DNA from: Mustelus asterias
Lineage: Eukaryota
Assembly: GCF_964213995.1 (NCBI RefSeq)
Contig: NC_135804.1
Coordinates: forward strand, 59,396,001-59,460,000
Length of the DNA stretch: 64,000 bases
Reading direction: 5' to 3'
The notes under the pieces were generated by a model, which was not told the DNA's origin, searched no databases, and saw nothing but the letters and a program-made list of their open reading frames with translations. Of the stretch, positions 1 to 12,838 are shown piece by piece; the stretch's first letter is position 1, and each line of letters begins with the position of its first letter. Position numbers and translations under genes: made by a program.

Positions 1-924
1 GTATGATATTAGTTTTTATAGAAAAAAATGACAAGGCAAAAAATTCGAACGTTATTGAAAGTGAGCGAACTGTATATTTCACCGTAGTGACGGCGGTGGC
101 AATAAAATGCAAAATACATTTGTAAGATAAGGTCAATATTTAAAGTAGTGAAATGTATTCTTTGTTTCCACGGCCTTTACTTTTCCATTTTGAGACCGAC
201 CAGCTCCTCGGAGTAGCAACAACTTTTTAAATGCAGGAAACTTCCATCTATGGTCGGGAGTGAAAAAGCGGTTTCGGTTGGGCCAAATACCAGCCAAATG
301 ATTTGGAATTTAAATGGTGTGTTGGCACCGTGGGTAAAGTTTTACACTTACATTTTGTGGAGAAAAATAACATGCCTACTCTTACCTGGAGAGAAATCCT
401 TAACATCGAGAAGTCATGATACAACTCCACATAATGCCAAGGGGAATTAATACTTGAATTACCGAATTTAGTAAAACAAAAATATTAATATTTTATTGCA
501 GCGATAGTAACCGAGTGTGAAAAAAATACCGGGACTAAGTATCGGTGAGGCGATAGTTAAAAATAATTTTCCCATTCCGCCCACCATGGGAATCGTAGCC
601 GGCGAGGGGCGGACCATGGGAAGGTCCGTTAACCTCGGCCGCGATTTTCCGTTTTCGGGGCGAGCACAGCCGGAAAATCGTCGCCCCCTGAAATTCGTCT
701 TGAGCGACAGCGCAAATTGGACGACAACTAGTCATTGCAGTTTTTGCACCTCTCCTGATAACCTTTGTTCTTTGTTTGTTCTTTGTTTGTTCTTTTAGTT
801 TTCTACAGGTTAAATGGTGCGATGTGTCACTTCCCCATCCTAACATGCATCGTTTAGTTTCAAATAGCGGGAAATGAATTTTCACCAAAAAATATTCTGA
901 TTCCCCAGTATGAACAATTCGGCA

Positions 925-1262
925 ATTTTCGGCAAAGCAGCCAGCATAATTAAAGACCCCTCGCACCCCGGACATTCTCTCTTCCAGCTTTTTCCATTGG
1001 GAAAAAGATAAAAATATCTGAGGTCACGTACCATCCGACTCAAGAGCAGCTTCTTCCCTGCTGCCGTCAGACTTTTGAATGGACCTAGTTTGCATTAAGT
1101 TGATCTTTCTCTACATCCTGGCTATGACTGTAACACTACATTCGGCATTCTCTCGTTTCCTTCTCTATGAACGGTATGCTTTGTCTGGATAGCGTGCACG
1201 AAATAATACTTTTCACTGTATGCTAATACATGTGACAATAATAAATCAAATCAAATCAAATA
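925..1262 (+). mobile_element. Rex1/Babar-type LINE, 3' end fragment
   Basis: Closely similar to the 3' end of the copy at 20998-21810 (cggcaaagcagccagcataattaa...); ends in aataaa + (TCAAA)n tail. Confidence 0.8.
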
Positions 1263-1351
1263 AAATTCTTCAATATCGGGATCTCTTTGCGGTTGTAACT
1301 GCAGATGACACATCCACAGCTCCAAGTTTGGAAGTTTTGTCTATCTTTCAG

Positions 1352-1462
1352 GTCGCGACAGTACCTCGTCCTCATCTTATTTACAGATTTTTGGGTGCGC
1401 AGGCTTCACAATGATGGTTTTGCTGCTGCTGATCATCATGAGAATGCTGGGCAACTATAAAG
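1352..1462 (+). CDS. Transmembrane exon of an IgSF ITIM receptor (paralog A; extracellular exons lie upstream of the window)
   Basis: Acceptor tctttcag, donor gtagga, 111 nt, phase 1-1, open: xRDSTSSSSYLQIFGCAGFTMMVLLLLIIMRMLGNYK. Uncharged hydrophobic span; aligns with the minus-strand TM exon at 19192-19308 (shared GCA motif). Confidence 0.75.
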
Positions 1463-1957
1463 GTAGGATATCGTATTAGAACGTAATTAAAATATAAATC
1501 AGAAATAACAGGCAGCAGCCAGTAAGCAGCAAAAGACGATTGATCCACTATGAACTCAATTTTCCACTGGCACTGGAAGCTTTCAGTTGGTTGTTGGGTT
1601 TTTAAATTTGTCTGCGATATTGATTCGAGTATTTATTTCAGATTGGTATGCGTTTAAATATAGATTGTGTTTTCAGAACGCAACCTCCCAACACATCCCA
1701 ATTCAAAAATGTCCTCTCTGACACACTCCGAGAATAATTTATCCAATATTGTTTCCCCATCATTTAGGCAGAGATTTCTTTTTTAAAAATGTAGTGAATA
1801 GCTTTGCATTAGCATTTGCCATCCAGCATCCCTCGCGCAGACACAGGTAGCGGAGTTTAATGATGCTTTCTTGTCTTATCCTCACGGAAATTATCAGTTT
1901 ATTTGCTGAATCATATTATGCATCATTGACAATGACGTTTTGGATTTTGCGCTTTAG

Positions 1958-2001
1958 CACGCAGACAGAGAACAGATGAAGCAAACAGCCGTGACAAATC
2001 T
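1958..2001 (+). CDS. Short cytoplasmic exon of paralog A
   Basis: gctttag / gtaagt, 44 nt, phase 1-0, ARRQRTDEANSRDKS; phase-compatible with both neighbouring exons; 3' end resembles the exon at 18528-18566. Confidence 0.7.
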
Positions 2002-3269
2002 GTAAGTTAAAAACACTCTTCTGACCGATGTCTTAAATGCAATGTGCACATTTTATATTGAGCTGAGAACATCTGAAATTTGGGACTGTTGTCCTCTAAG
2101 ATTTTGCTGGCTCTACTGGAAATAAAAAGAATTGCAGCATTTGCTAATTTCTGCTTTTATGTTTCATGTTAGTCTAGTTAGTGCCAAACAGAAGTTTTAC
2201 GTTTATGATCCGCACTTGGGGCACTCAAAGTTAGTTTAGTCGAGGTCTTGGAGGCGGATGCAGCATTAGCATTTCAGAGTTTCAGCCTGTTTCTGGCTGT
2301 TAAATTCGAGCTTTTGTATCGAAGTTCACCTGAAAATACTTCTGCTGGATGGAGCTTGCAATATGTCCTCTGTTGCAACAATGGCAATCCTTCGAAGGGA
2401 CTCATCGGTTGTTCATTTGGACGAGCTGTGGTCGTGAAAGACGCTCAGTAAATTTTTTATCATTTTTCACATAATCGCTGGCTGAAAATATTACTCATGG
2501 CTTGGAATTAGGTTGAGGTTCATTGGATCTCATTAATAATTAAGTCTCTAGATTGCTAATTTCGGCGAAGGTTTTAGTTTTGAGGATCAACTTGACACAC
2601 GAGGTATTTTTAATCTAAAATCATGAATATCTGATTGAAAAATTGAAATTTTGAAGCTCTTGCGCCAATAAATGGGGAAATTTATTTCCACTGACAATGA
2701 GTGGGTTATGAGAGGATGTAATCGAACATTATCACCAGAAGAACAGAGAGGTAGGAGAATCTTTCTCAGTCAGAGTGCTAGAGCATGCAATTCCATACCG
2801 GAACTGCTGGAAGCATAATTCATACAAAAAATTACAAGAGAAAGTGATACCTATTTCAAAAACAAAATAAATAATTTGGTGTGGGGGGAAAATACAGGTG
2901 TATGGGACTAAATAGAAAACCCGCTCCAAGGACAGGTACAAGAACAGGTATGCAAGATTCTCAGTTTCCAGTGCTACATCAAACAATTGACTTGTGAAAT
3001 AGTGAATGCAATGAACATTCCTATAGTCTATCCTTCACAACGTTGCAACCATTTTGAAACGAAATCAGCAGCCACAGTGAAGTTGGGGTAAAAAACATAT
3101 TTTAGGGGACAAGACATCAGTTGAAAGAATTTGCCTAATTTGGTGACCTAACATGTAAATTCGCTAACCTAAAGACGACTCAAATATTACTATGAAATCA
3201 CTCCGTTTTATTATGTATTCTGTGGATCAATGAAGTTAACACCTCACTTTACAAAACATCTCTTTATAG

Positions 3270-3332
3270 ACCTCGCAAGACGCATTTGATAACCCGCTGA
3301 CTTACGCAGAAGTCGAACTAATTGGTTCTTAG
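3270..3332 (+). CDS. Terminal coding exon of paralog A with ITIM (LTYAEV)
   Basis: Acceptor tctttatag, phase 0: TSQDAFDNPLTYAEVELIGS*; homologous to the minus-strand terminal exon at 13803-13971. Confidence 0.75.
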   Translation, partial: TSQDAFDNPLTYAEVELIGS

Positions 3333-4239
3333 AAAAAGGAAGTCCTAGAGGCAAGGAAAAGAGCGTAGAATGCGCAGCCACGTGGAATGTACGACAAGAA
3401 ATATAAGTGCCGAATGTCCACACACAACCAAATTTCAATTAATGCGAATACTCGCCTTTTACTTTATTTCTTTACGCCTTTTACGTTACGCTTGCAATTA
3501 CGGCAGAGTTCTCACTAGAGCAGAACAAAGCGGATGTCAATAATTTACTGTCAGTGAATGTCCGCTTCAGCTTAACGTGGCTTGTAAGGTAATCAAAGAC
3601 TGCAATTTGCATGGAATCATAACGTGATGGGAACGTCCCCTTCTCGGTTGTTACCCTACTTATAAAATTCCTTGGAAAAGGTTATGCCTCGCTAATAAGC
3701 GTTTTACTTTATTCTTACTGCTAAACACCCGAGCTCATCCTGAAATCTGAATCTTATATTTTTGTGGAATATAAAATTTCACCAACAAGTTAAAAATGCC
3801 ATACATTTAAAAATATTTTAAAGTTTTACCTTGTATCTGAGCCCAATCATGACCGTTAATTTTGTTGTCTGCAAATGAAAAAGAAAAATTAATCTTCCTG
3901 GTTTGTTGTGTGTGAATAATTCAGTGTGGTGGGCTGCTTACTTGTTTGTTTGCATTGCCAATGATACAGCAAAAGGTATTTCCCTGACTTGACCTTGGAT
4001 GTAAACTACCATCGACGAAGAGGGATGTTATGCAACAGAGATCGCTGCATCTTTTTGGGCAGCATTCTTTGAGGTCAGAGACCAGAACCATTGCTTTGGT
4101 GCTGACTAGAAAACTCACTGCGATAACACATCTATGTCCAAACACGATAGTGGCTCAGGAAATGCTTGTTATTAATGTGAAACTTGCGAGCTACACCAAC
4201 GATTACAATTGACTGCAAAAGATCAGCATTGCTGCTGCA

Positions 4240-4400
4240 TTGGTAACCCAGAGATCCAGGGTAATGCTTCGGGTATCTAGGTTCAAATCCCACCAAGGTA
4301 GATGGTGAAATTTGAATTCAATAATCATCTGCAATTAAAAGTCGAATGATGACCATGAAACGATTCCTGTAAAAGCCCACCTGTTTCACGAATGAACTTT
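4240..4400 (+). mobile_element. SINE family B fragment (tRNA-like head)
   Basis: B-box-like ggttcaaatccc and shared body with copies at about 7000, 45010, 47900 and 59945. Confidence 0.6.
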
Positions 4401-4404
4401 AATC

Positions 4405-6408
4405 CCCAGGAAAAAGAAGCATGCTAAGAGGAGGACGAGGCAACCATGACTAACGACGGAAGTCAGGGGCATTAAAACATACAATATGGCGAAGATTAGT
4501 AGGGAGCCAGCGGATTTGAAAGCCTTCGCAAACAGAGGACAACTAAAAAAGTAAAAAAGGAGTAGCAGATAAAATATGGGGATAAGCTACCAGTGATTTA
4601 AAAGAAGATTGCAAGAGGTATTTTTTTAGATATATAAAGGTGAAGAGAGGGGCAATAGTGGACAATGGGCCATTGGAAAATGAAGCCGGAGAAGTAGTAA
4701 TGGGGAACAAATAAATGCTGAAGGATCTGAACAGGCACTTTGCATCAGTCTTCACGGCGGAAGACACCAATTACGTTACAAAAATTCAAGAGAGCCAGAG
4801 GGCAGAGTTGAGTATGGTGGCCATTACTAAGGAGAATGTGCTCGCGAAGCTGAAAGGTCTGAAGGTCGATGAATCACCTGGACCAAATAGACTACACACA
4901 AGAGTTCAGAAGGAGATAGCTGAAGAGGAGGTATTAGTGGTGATTTTTCGGGAATCACTTCAGTCAGAAAGGACCCCAGCGGACAGGGTAATCGCTAATG
5001 TTGAAGAAGGGAGGCAGAAAATGGGAAATTACAGGCCTATTAGCCTGACCTCAATCGCTGGCAAGATTTCAGAGTCCAATATTTGGATAAGATTTCAGAA
5101 TATTTGGAAATGCAATGTAATATGGGGCGAAATCATCATGGTATCATCAAGTGAAGATCATGCCTGACAGATCTGTTTGAATTCCTTGAGCAGGTAACGA
5201 GCAGGTTAGACGAAGGAGAGACAGTTGATGTTATCTACTTGGATTTCCAGAAGGCCTTTGATAACTTGTCACACAGGAAGCTGCTGAGTACGATAAGAGT
5301 CCATGGTGTTAGAGAAATGTACCATTATGGAGAGAAAATTGGTTGACTAGCCAAAGGCAGAGAGTGGGGTTAAAGGGTCCTTTTCAGGATGACAGCCGGT
5401 GACTAGAATAGTTCAATACAGTTCAGTGTTGGGATCACAACTTTTCACTTTCCACATCAATGATCTAGATGAAGGAACTGAGGACATTGTGGCTAAGTTT
5501 GCAGATGATACAAAGATAGGTGGAGGGGCTGGTAGTATTGAGGAGACAGGGAAGCTGCAGAAGGACTTGGATAGGTTAGGAGAGTGGGCAAAGAAATGGC
5601 AGATGGAATAGAACGTGGGAAATGTGATGTTATGTACTTTGGTTGGAAGAATAGAGGTGTAGACTATTTTCTAAATGGGAGAGAATTCAGAAATTGGAAG
5701 TGGAAAGGGTCGTTCGAGTCCCAGTTCACGATTAGATCAAGTTTAACTTGCAGGTTGAGTTGATAGTTAGGAAGGCAAATGCAATGCTAGCATTCATTAC
5801 GAGAGGATTCGAATACAAAAGCAGGAATGTATTGCTGAGGCTTTGTAAGACTCTGATCAGACCACATTTGGAACATTGTGAGCAATTTTAGGCCCTGTAT
5901 CCAAGGAAAGGTGTGCTGGCTTGGAGAGTGTCCAGAGAAGGTTCACGAATGATCCCAGGAATGAAAAGCTTGATGGATGAGGAGTGTTTGAGGATTTTCG
6001 ATCTGTACTCGATGGATTTGAGGAGGATGAGTGGAGATCTCATTTAAACTTACAGAATACTGAAAGACCTGTATATGGTGGATGTGGGGAAGATGTTTCC
6101 ATTGGTAGGCGAGACTAGGATCCAAGGGCATGGCCTCAGAATAAAGGAACGACTCTTTAGAACTGAGATGAGGAGCGATTTCTTGAGCCAGCGGGTCGTA
6201 ATGCATGGCATTCATTGCAACAGAAGCTTGTGAAGTCCAGGTCATTGGGTATATTTAAGACAGAGATGGATATGTTCTTGATTGGTGATGGGTTCGAAGG
6301 TTACGGGTAAAAGGCCAGAGAATGGGGTTGATAAACTTGTCAGTCATGATTGAATGAAGGAACAGAATTCGGCCGAATGGCCTAATTCTGCTTCTATATC
6401 CTATGGAC
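4405..6408 (+). mobile_element. Degenerate CR1 LINE (RT region and 3' end)
   Basis: Fragmented ORFs with NYRPISLTS and [10 protein letters not shown]; typical CR1 3' UTR (ggccgaatggcctaattctgc). Confidence 0.9.
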
Positions 6409-6999
6409 ATCCACAACTCATGAACAAATTAAAAAACATATATGATGTTTTTGGAATTGCAAACATCTATTGTGCTGTAATAATTGTCCTTAACTACAAA
6501 ATCATTAAAGGATCATCCACAATCAATCCGTACACGATTGAATATTTAACTGACTATGTTATACTTAACCAATAAGATATGCCCTTCTGTTTTCGGGAGT
6601 AACCGCAAGGTCGGAGACAGCTATGTGTGGCGGACATTCTGTGTTGGGCAAAACTCTCCCAGTAGTTAAACAAATTGGAACTTCAAGAGGCTTAACAATA
6701 AGAAACCTCCCTGAAGCTGCATGTGAATTTAACTGATGGTGTATTCTTACTCTGTTTTGAACATTAGAAGTAAGCACTGTTAATCTGCTGGAACCAAAAA
6801 GATATCCCATTCACAATAGAGCTGTCAGTTTGAATCAATCTTCAGACCAAACAGCAGCAGCCCAATAAAGCTGTGATCGTGGAATGGAGCTAGAGAGAAG
6901 GAGGGAACAGTGGAGAGAAAAAAAATTAAAAGAATGAAATCACTTAACACTCAACAATCAGTTTGGATTCACATCATTGCTGGAAGTGTAAACCTAAGG

Positions 7000-7290
7000 G
7001 AAGGCAGCGGCATATTAGCATTGTCAGCTGAGTAGTAATCCAGAGACCTAGGGCAATGCTCTGGGGGCCCCAGGATATGGTGCAATTTGAATTTGGTAAA
7101 CATCTGGAATTAAAAATCAGATGCACCCCATCTGATTCACTAATGTCCTTTAGGGAGGGAAACCTGCCTTCCTTACCTGGACTGGCCTACACATTACTTC
7201 AGATCTACAACCACAGTAATATGGTTGACGCTTAAATGCTACTAAACAAGGGAAATTATGGATAGACACGTCCATGGGAAACCCACTTCC
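7000..7290 (+). mobile_element. SINE family B
   Basis: Body cactaatgtcctttaggga...ccttacctgg shared with the other copies. Confidence 0.7.
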
Positions 7291-7358
7291 TGCAAATTAA
7301 TAAAAATGATGAACTGGTAATGAGTCATCTACATGGCTCGGTCTACTGCACTTCTGGA

Positions 7359-8320
7359 TATGACGATACTGTGCCTTTAAGAAATGTATTTGTTTCTTAT
7401 TTCCTATGCAGGCTTTATTTTAATCCCTAATTTCCCTTGTTTAGTAGCATTTAAGAGTCAACCATACTACTGTGGTTGTAGATCTGAAGTAATGTGTAGG
7501 CCAGTCCAGGTAAGGAAGGCAGGTTTCCCTCCCTAAAGGACATTAGTGAATTGCCATCTGGTTTCTAATTCCAGATGTTTACCAAATTCAAAGTCAGTTC
7601 TAATTTGTCTGTAGCCAGCAGCCCCGGTTGTTACTGCAGCAGCATAATTGTTCTTAGTTGCTAAAGATTTCGTTTTACTCTGGACAAATGCAATTCTGTT
7701 ATTGCTGTTCGTTCTGGAGCTTTTCAGAGTTGGGCTTGATTAGGTTGATTGACAGGAACATTAACGTGATTGGGAGGCACAACTCTTACACAGAGAAATC
7801 AGCTCAGTTGCTGCTTTGGACTTTTCGGGAGAGGCAGCTCTCAATGTGTCGCTGTCTCTTTCTGGATTTGGAGGCTGGGATCTGCTAGGATGTAAGATTA
7901 TTTATTTGGAGGCTGCCATTTGGGAGACAGAAGACATGTTTATTTCTGTACCGGTCCAGGGGCATTAAAATGCTGGAAACAGGCACCCACGTCAGCCGAT
8001 CTGTTTTTGTGCTCACTTCTGAAGCAGGATGTATGTTTGTGGGGATATTGCTTACTTTTGAACTATAGAGATAGCTAGCTGTTAAGAATTATATCTTATT
8101 ATATTTAAGTAATTCAATTGGTAAACGTTGTTAATTCTTTTTGTTCTATTTTAACTGCATTGTAAACTAAACTTTGATTTAATAAAAGTTTCCTATTGCG
8201 TTAATCAAATCATACATGGAGCGAAACAACTTATACTCCCCCTAATGCCAAAATCAAAAAAGACTGCGGTCCAGGCTAACTTTATAATGTACCTTGGACT
8301 TTCTGACCTTGTCCCTAACA
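7359..8320 (+). mobile_element. Solo LTR of the Gmr1-like Gypsy family
   Basis: Start tatgacgatactgtgcctttaagaaa and end gtccctaaca match the termini of the provirus LTRs at 53961 and 60607/59650 (reverse complement). Confidence 0.75.
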
Positions 8321-9423
8321 CGGCGACCATTTGTCCATTGAGTCACAGGCGAGTTACAGAGATCTTTCGAAATAGATATTTTTCTCTGATGTGATGGCAG
8401 TTGGCCATCATCAGTTCTTCATACTTAACGGCACAATATTCAACCGAGAAGGTAATCTACAGAACATAGTGAAAGGACTTGCTCATATTTTAATCAGTGC
8501 GTTTTGCTAGATGATTGTGAAACGGAGTTACTTAAACCTTCATTTGCAAAAGTGGCAGACCCTGTAGATTTGCATAAGTCACACTTGTCCAACGTGCGAC
8601 AGCCAAACGCGGTGCTCGAAGCCCCTTTATACACCCCAGTAGCGGGTTTTCAAAATAACTGTCAAATAGGTAAGTTTGAATGGAAGCATGGGAGAATCTA
8701 CATGGAATTCTCCTCCGTTGCTTTTTCATGTTTGCTGCTCACGAACCTCTCATTAGCAAATATGGGAGAGAACCAATGTGCAAGTGGAGTAGCAGCAAAC
8801 GCCAACGGCGGCGAGTTCGGGGGCAGAAGGCCCAGGGCAGGGGAGCTGCGATCTGGGGAACCAAAGGGTGGACACCAAAGAGTCAAGAAGTAGGGCCCGG
8901 AGAGTGACGGTCCAGAGATCAAAGGAGCACAATGAGGCAAACAAGGACCACGGACCCAAAGAACGGTGCCAGGGAACCGAGAACTGCTCAGAAAAGAAGT
9001 GGGACCCCGAAAATGAAAGGCCAAGGAACCAACGAAACGTACCGGGGAGCCGAGCACCGTGGTGCCAAGGACAGCGAGGAAGGCCCAGGCAGTGAAAGCG
9101 CCGGGGCGCGGGCCCAGGGTGCAACGGTACCAGGGAGTAGCTCTAGGAGGTCCGTTGATGGGCCTGGGTCGCCGACCATAAGGCATCAAGAGTGGGAGCC
9201 ACTGATGCCTCAGTAAGCAAGTGACAGAAGAATATGTGTGTGTGTGAGAGAGAGTTTGAGAGGGACAGAGGTAAGAGTGGGGAGGAGGGTTTTTGGGGGA
9301 GAGACAATGTGTGCCACCGGTGGTACAGGGTAGAGAGCATAAGGGGTAGAGAGTGTAAGGGCAGCTTGGTGATTTTCAGAGAGGGGTTGGATATCGCTTT
9401 AGCGGAAAGTGGGGAATAGAAGA

Positions 9424-10232
9424 TAGAACATAGAACAGTACAGCACAGTACAGGCCCTTCGGCCCACGATGTTGTGCCGAACCTTTTCCGAAACCAAGAT
9501 CAAGCTATCCCACTCCCTGTCATTCTAGTGTGCTCCATGTGCCTATCCAATAACCGCTTGAAAGTTCCTAAAGTGTCCGACTCCACTATCACAGCAGGCA
9601 GTCCATTCCACACCCCAACCACTCTCTGAGTAAAGAACCTACCTCTTACATCCCTCCTATATCTTCCACCACGAACCTTATAGTCATGCCCCCTAGTAAC
9701 AGCTACATCAACCCGAGGAAATAGTCTCTGAACGTCCACTCTGTCTATCCCCCTCATCATCTTACAAACCTATATTAAGTCATGCCCCCTAGTAACAGCT
9801 ACATCAACCCGAGGAAATAGTCTCTCAACGTCCTCCGCTCTAAAGAGAAAAGCCCTAGCTCCCTCAATCTTTCCTCATAAGACCTATCCTCCAAACCAGG
9901 CAGCATCCTAGTAAATCTCCTTTGCACTCTTTCCAGCGCTTCCACATCCTTCCTATAGTGAGGTGACCAGAACTGCACACAATATTCCAAATGTGGTCTC
10001 ACCAAGGTCCTGTACATTTGCAGCATAATCCCACGGCTCTTAAACTCAAAACCCCTGTTAATAAACGCTAACACACTATAGGCCTTCTTCACGGCTCTAT
10101 CCACTTGAGTGGCAACCTTCAGAGATCTATGGATATGAACCCCAAGATCTCTCTGTTCCTCCACATTCCTCAGAACCGTACCTTTGACGCTGCAATCTGC
10201 ATTCAAATTTGTCCTATCAAAATTTGTCCTAC
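9424..10232 (-). mobile_element. CR1/HER1 LINE, 5'-truncated
   Basis: ORFs 9799-10206 and 9500-9760 ([20 protein letters not shown]); (TGTTCTA)n tail; small internal rearrangement at about 9781-9830. Confidence 0.92.
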
Positions 10233-10320
10233 CATCAGAATGTGAGAGTGTGTGCGCGATTACGAGAGGTGGGCGTGGGAGTACGGGGAGGACTGTGTGA
10301 GCATAATGGGGGTGAGATGA

Positions 10321-10627
10321 GGCGGCACGGTGGTTAGCACTGCTGCCTAACAGTGCCAGGGACCCGGGTTCAATTCCAGCCTTGGGTGACTGGGTGGAGT
10401 TTGCACGTTATCCCTGTGTCTGCGTGGGTTTCCTCCGGATGCTCCGGTTTCCTCCCACACTCCAAATATGTGCGGATTAGGTTGATTGGCCATGCTAAAT
10501 TGCCCTTTGGTGTCAGGGGGATCAGAAGAGCAAATATGTGGGGTTAAGGATAGGGCTGCGGTGCATTGTTGTCGGTGTAGGCACGATGGGCCGAATGGCC
10601 TCCTTCTGCACTAGGGATTCTATGATT
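10321..10627 (+). mobile_element. HE1-type tRNA-derived SINE
   Basis: A/B-box-like head (tggttagcac...gggttcaattcc), core gtggagtttgcac...ggtttcctcc, CR1-like tail. Confidence 0.9.
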
Positions 10628-12197
10628 TTATGAGAGAATGTAAGACGGTGGAAGAGAGTTTGTGTCAGCTTGTGTGAGACCGTTGTGCGAGCTGAGAGAT
10701 GATGTCGGGAGGTGCGAAAATGTTCTCTTGGGGGGTAGACGAAGTTGACGGGGAAGGCAGGGGGGAGGGATGGGCTGGGGTAGTGGTGGGTGCGGGGTCC
10801 GAATGTGCCAATAAGTCCCAGTATTAGGGCTCACACATATTCTCAACCACAAATTCTAGTGTACTCACATCCAATCTCACAGCGGATGAGGATGAGTGAG
10901 TAAACAACCGGAGCCTTGGACTGAGCCAGAAACACACTCTCATCCTATTGTAATTTAATGCTCATCTTTATTAATTGCTTAAGAAAATGGCTTCTTCCTC
11001 TATCTCAGTATTATTAAAATGCATATTTAAAGTTGTGGCAAAGATTTCCGAAATTTGCTCATTGGCCTACCGAACGAGAAAACACGTGTCCTTCACCACA
11101 CGCGAATAGGTGGGACATGCGTTGTACAAATGAATCAATTGCCAGTCTACAGGCCTCTGACAATCTGTATTTCAAGCTATGCATATAGCGTCTACTTGCT
11201 GCCAAATGCATAAAACGTCTACTTCCTGCCTTAAAAGACAAACAGGGTAGGATTGTCTGCTGCTTTAATGATCTCTGTATTGCCTTTTTCAATGGGCTGT
11301 CGGGTTGATTAACAGCGTTTGATTTTGAGTTCACTGGGTGGCTACAAAATGGTGACTGTAGTTTACTGCATTAAGTTTTCGCTCTACGTCGTGCATTCTT
11401 TTTGACTCACTTCATTTACAAAGATGAGTACAAGCTGACAACATTATTATGCACCTAGAATGGAAATGGCACACAGTCCGCTTGTCGGCGGACGCACACT
11501 GTCGTTGGCATCACCATTATGCGCCTGCTGATCCCTCGCCATCCAATCGCTCAGGCCACACACAAGCCCCCTTCTTGCCTCGCTCGTTGCCCAACTCGCC
11601 GCCCTCACTTGCTGCTTCTCTCGCTTTCCCACTCATCACCTTACTTGCAGTTTCGTTCAGCATGTCGCTTCGCTCGCTGGCACGTCCCCGCTTGGTTCGT
11701 CGCCCATTTGTCATCCCACTCGCTGTTTCGCCCACAGATTGGAGTCAATGAGGGAATAGAACGATGAATAAGGGATCGGGAGCAATCAATTTAATCAACT
11801 TAAATGTGCGGAAGCTTTTTTTGTGGATGAATGAGAAAAAAAGTCCCAATTCAATGAATGAAAATTCAATGACTATAGGTGGGCTAACCTGATTAAAGCG
11901 AAACACTTACACATTCTCACCTGTACCGATAGTGGGGTAGGTAACAACTCACAGACCTGAAATAGAATATCTGTTGAATGTGATCATGAAATGATGTTAT
12001 AATTACAACGAAACTTTCCGTGGAAACTTAATGCTGCGTTTCAAGGCCTGGTAGGCTTACTACATTTTGCGATCAACAGAATTAAATTGAAGACTAGATG
12101 TGTTGCTGCCTTGAGCAGAGTAGCTCAACCACATCCGTTACTTCATTCGAAAAAGCAATTCGCCCTCGTTAGTCGTTAGCAACACATTAGTGTAGTC

Positions 12198-12838
12198 GAA
12201 GATGTGCTGGTTAGGTGCATTGGCCATGCTAAATTGCCCCTTAGTGTCAGGGGGATTTGGAGGTTAAATACACGGGGTTACGAGGATAAGGCCTGGGTGG
12301 GATTGTTGCCACTGCAGACTCGAAGGGTCGAATGGCCTCCTTCTGTACTGTAGGGATTCTATGATTCTAAAATCAAAATGTTAAAAACTCCATGCTAAAT
12401 CCGACGGATTTTCAGAATGACCGATAGCCAAATATTCACCTTTCGATTCCTGTACCACTGTACTCCTGTTTCGATTCATTAATTTTCAAAATAACCGACG
12501 AGGCTCGGTCTCAAATTTGAAGCAACAAATGATTTTTAGTCGCGAAACTCCGTTCGAAGTTTGCACATTCGGAATTTTTGCACATTCTCCTCGTGTCTGC
12601 GTGGGTTTCCTCCGGGTGCTCCGGTTTCCTCCTACAGTCCAAAGATGTGCGGGTTAGGTTGAGTGGCCAGTTTAAAAATTGCCCCTTAGAGTCGTGGGAT
12701 GCATAGGTTAGAGGGATTAGTGGGTAAATATGTGGGGGTAGGGCCTGGGTGGGATTGTGGTCGGTGCAGACTCGATGGGCCGAATGGCCTCCTTCTGCAC
12801 TGTAGGTTTTCTATGATGATGATTTCTATGATTCTATG
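12198..12838 (+). mobile_element. Two 5'-truncated HE1-type SINEs (about 12198-12368 and 12560-12838)
   Basis: Core and tail match the full copies. Confidence 0.8.

Noticed and set aside
1411-1462. MMVLLLLIIM as a signal peptide of a new gene
   Set aside because: The frame is open upstream to an acceptor at 1352 and aligns with paralog B's TM exon.
6511-6575. GSSTINPYTIEYLTDYVILNQ* as an extra Tyr-motif exon
   Set aside because: Poor acceptor, no counterpart in paralog B, and a stop-bearing terminal exon already exists at 3270.
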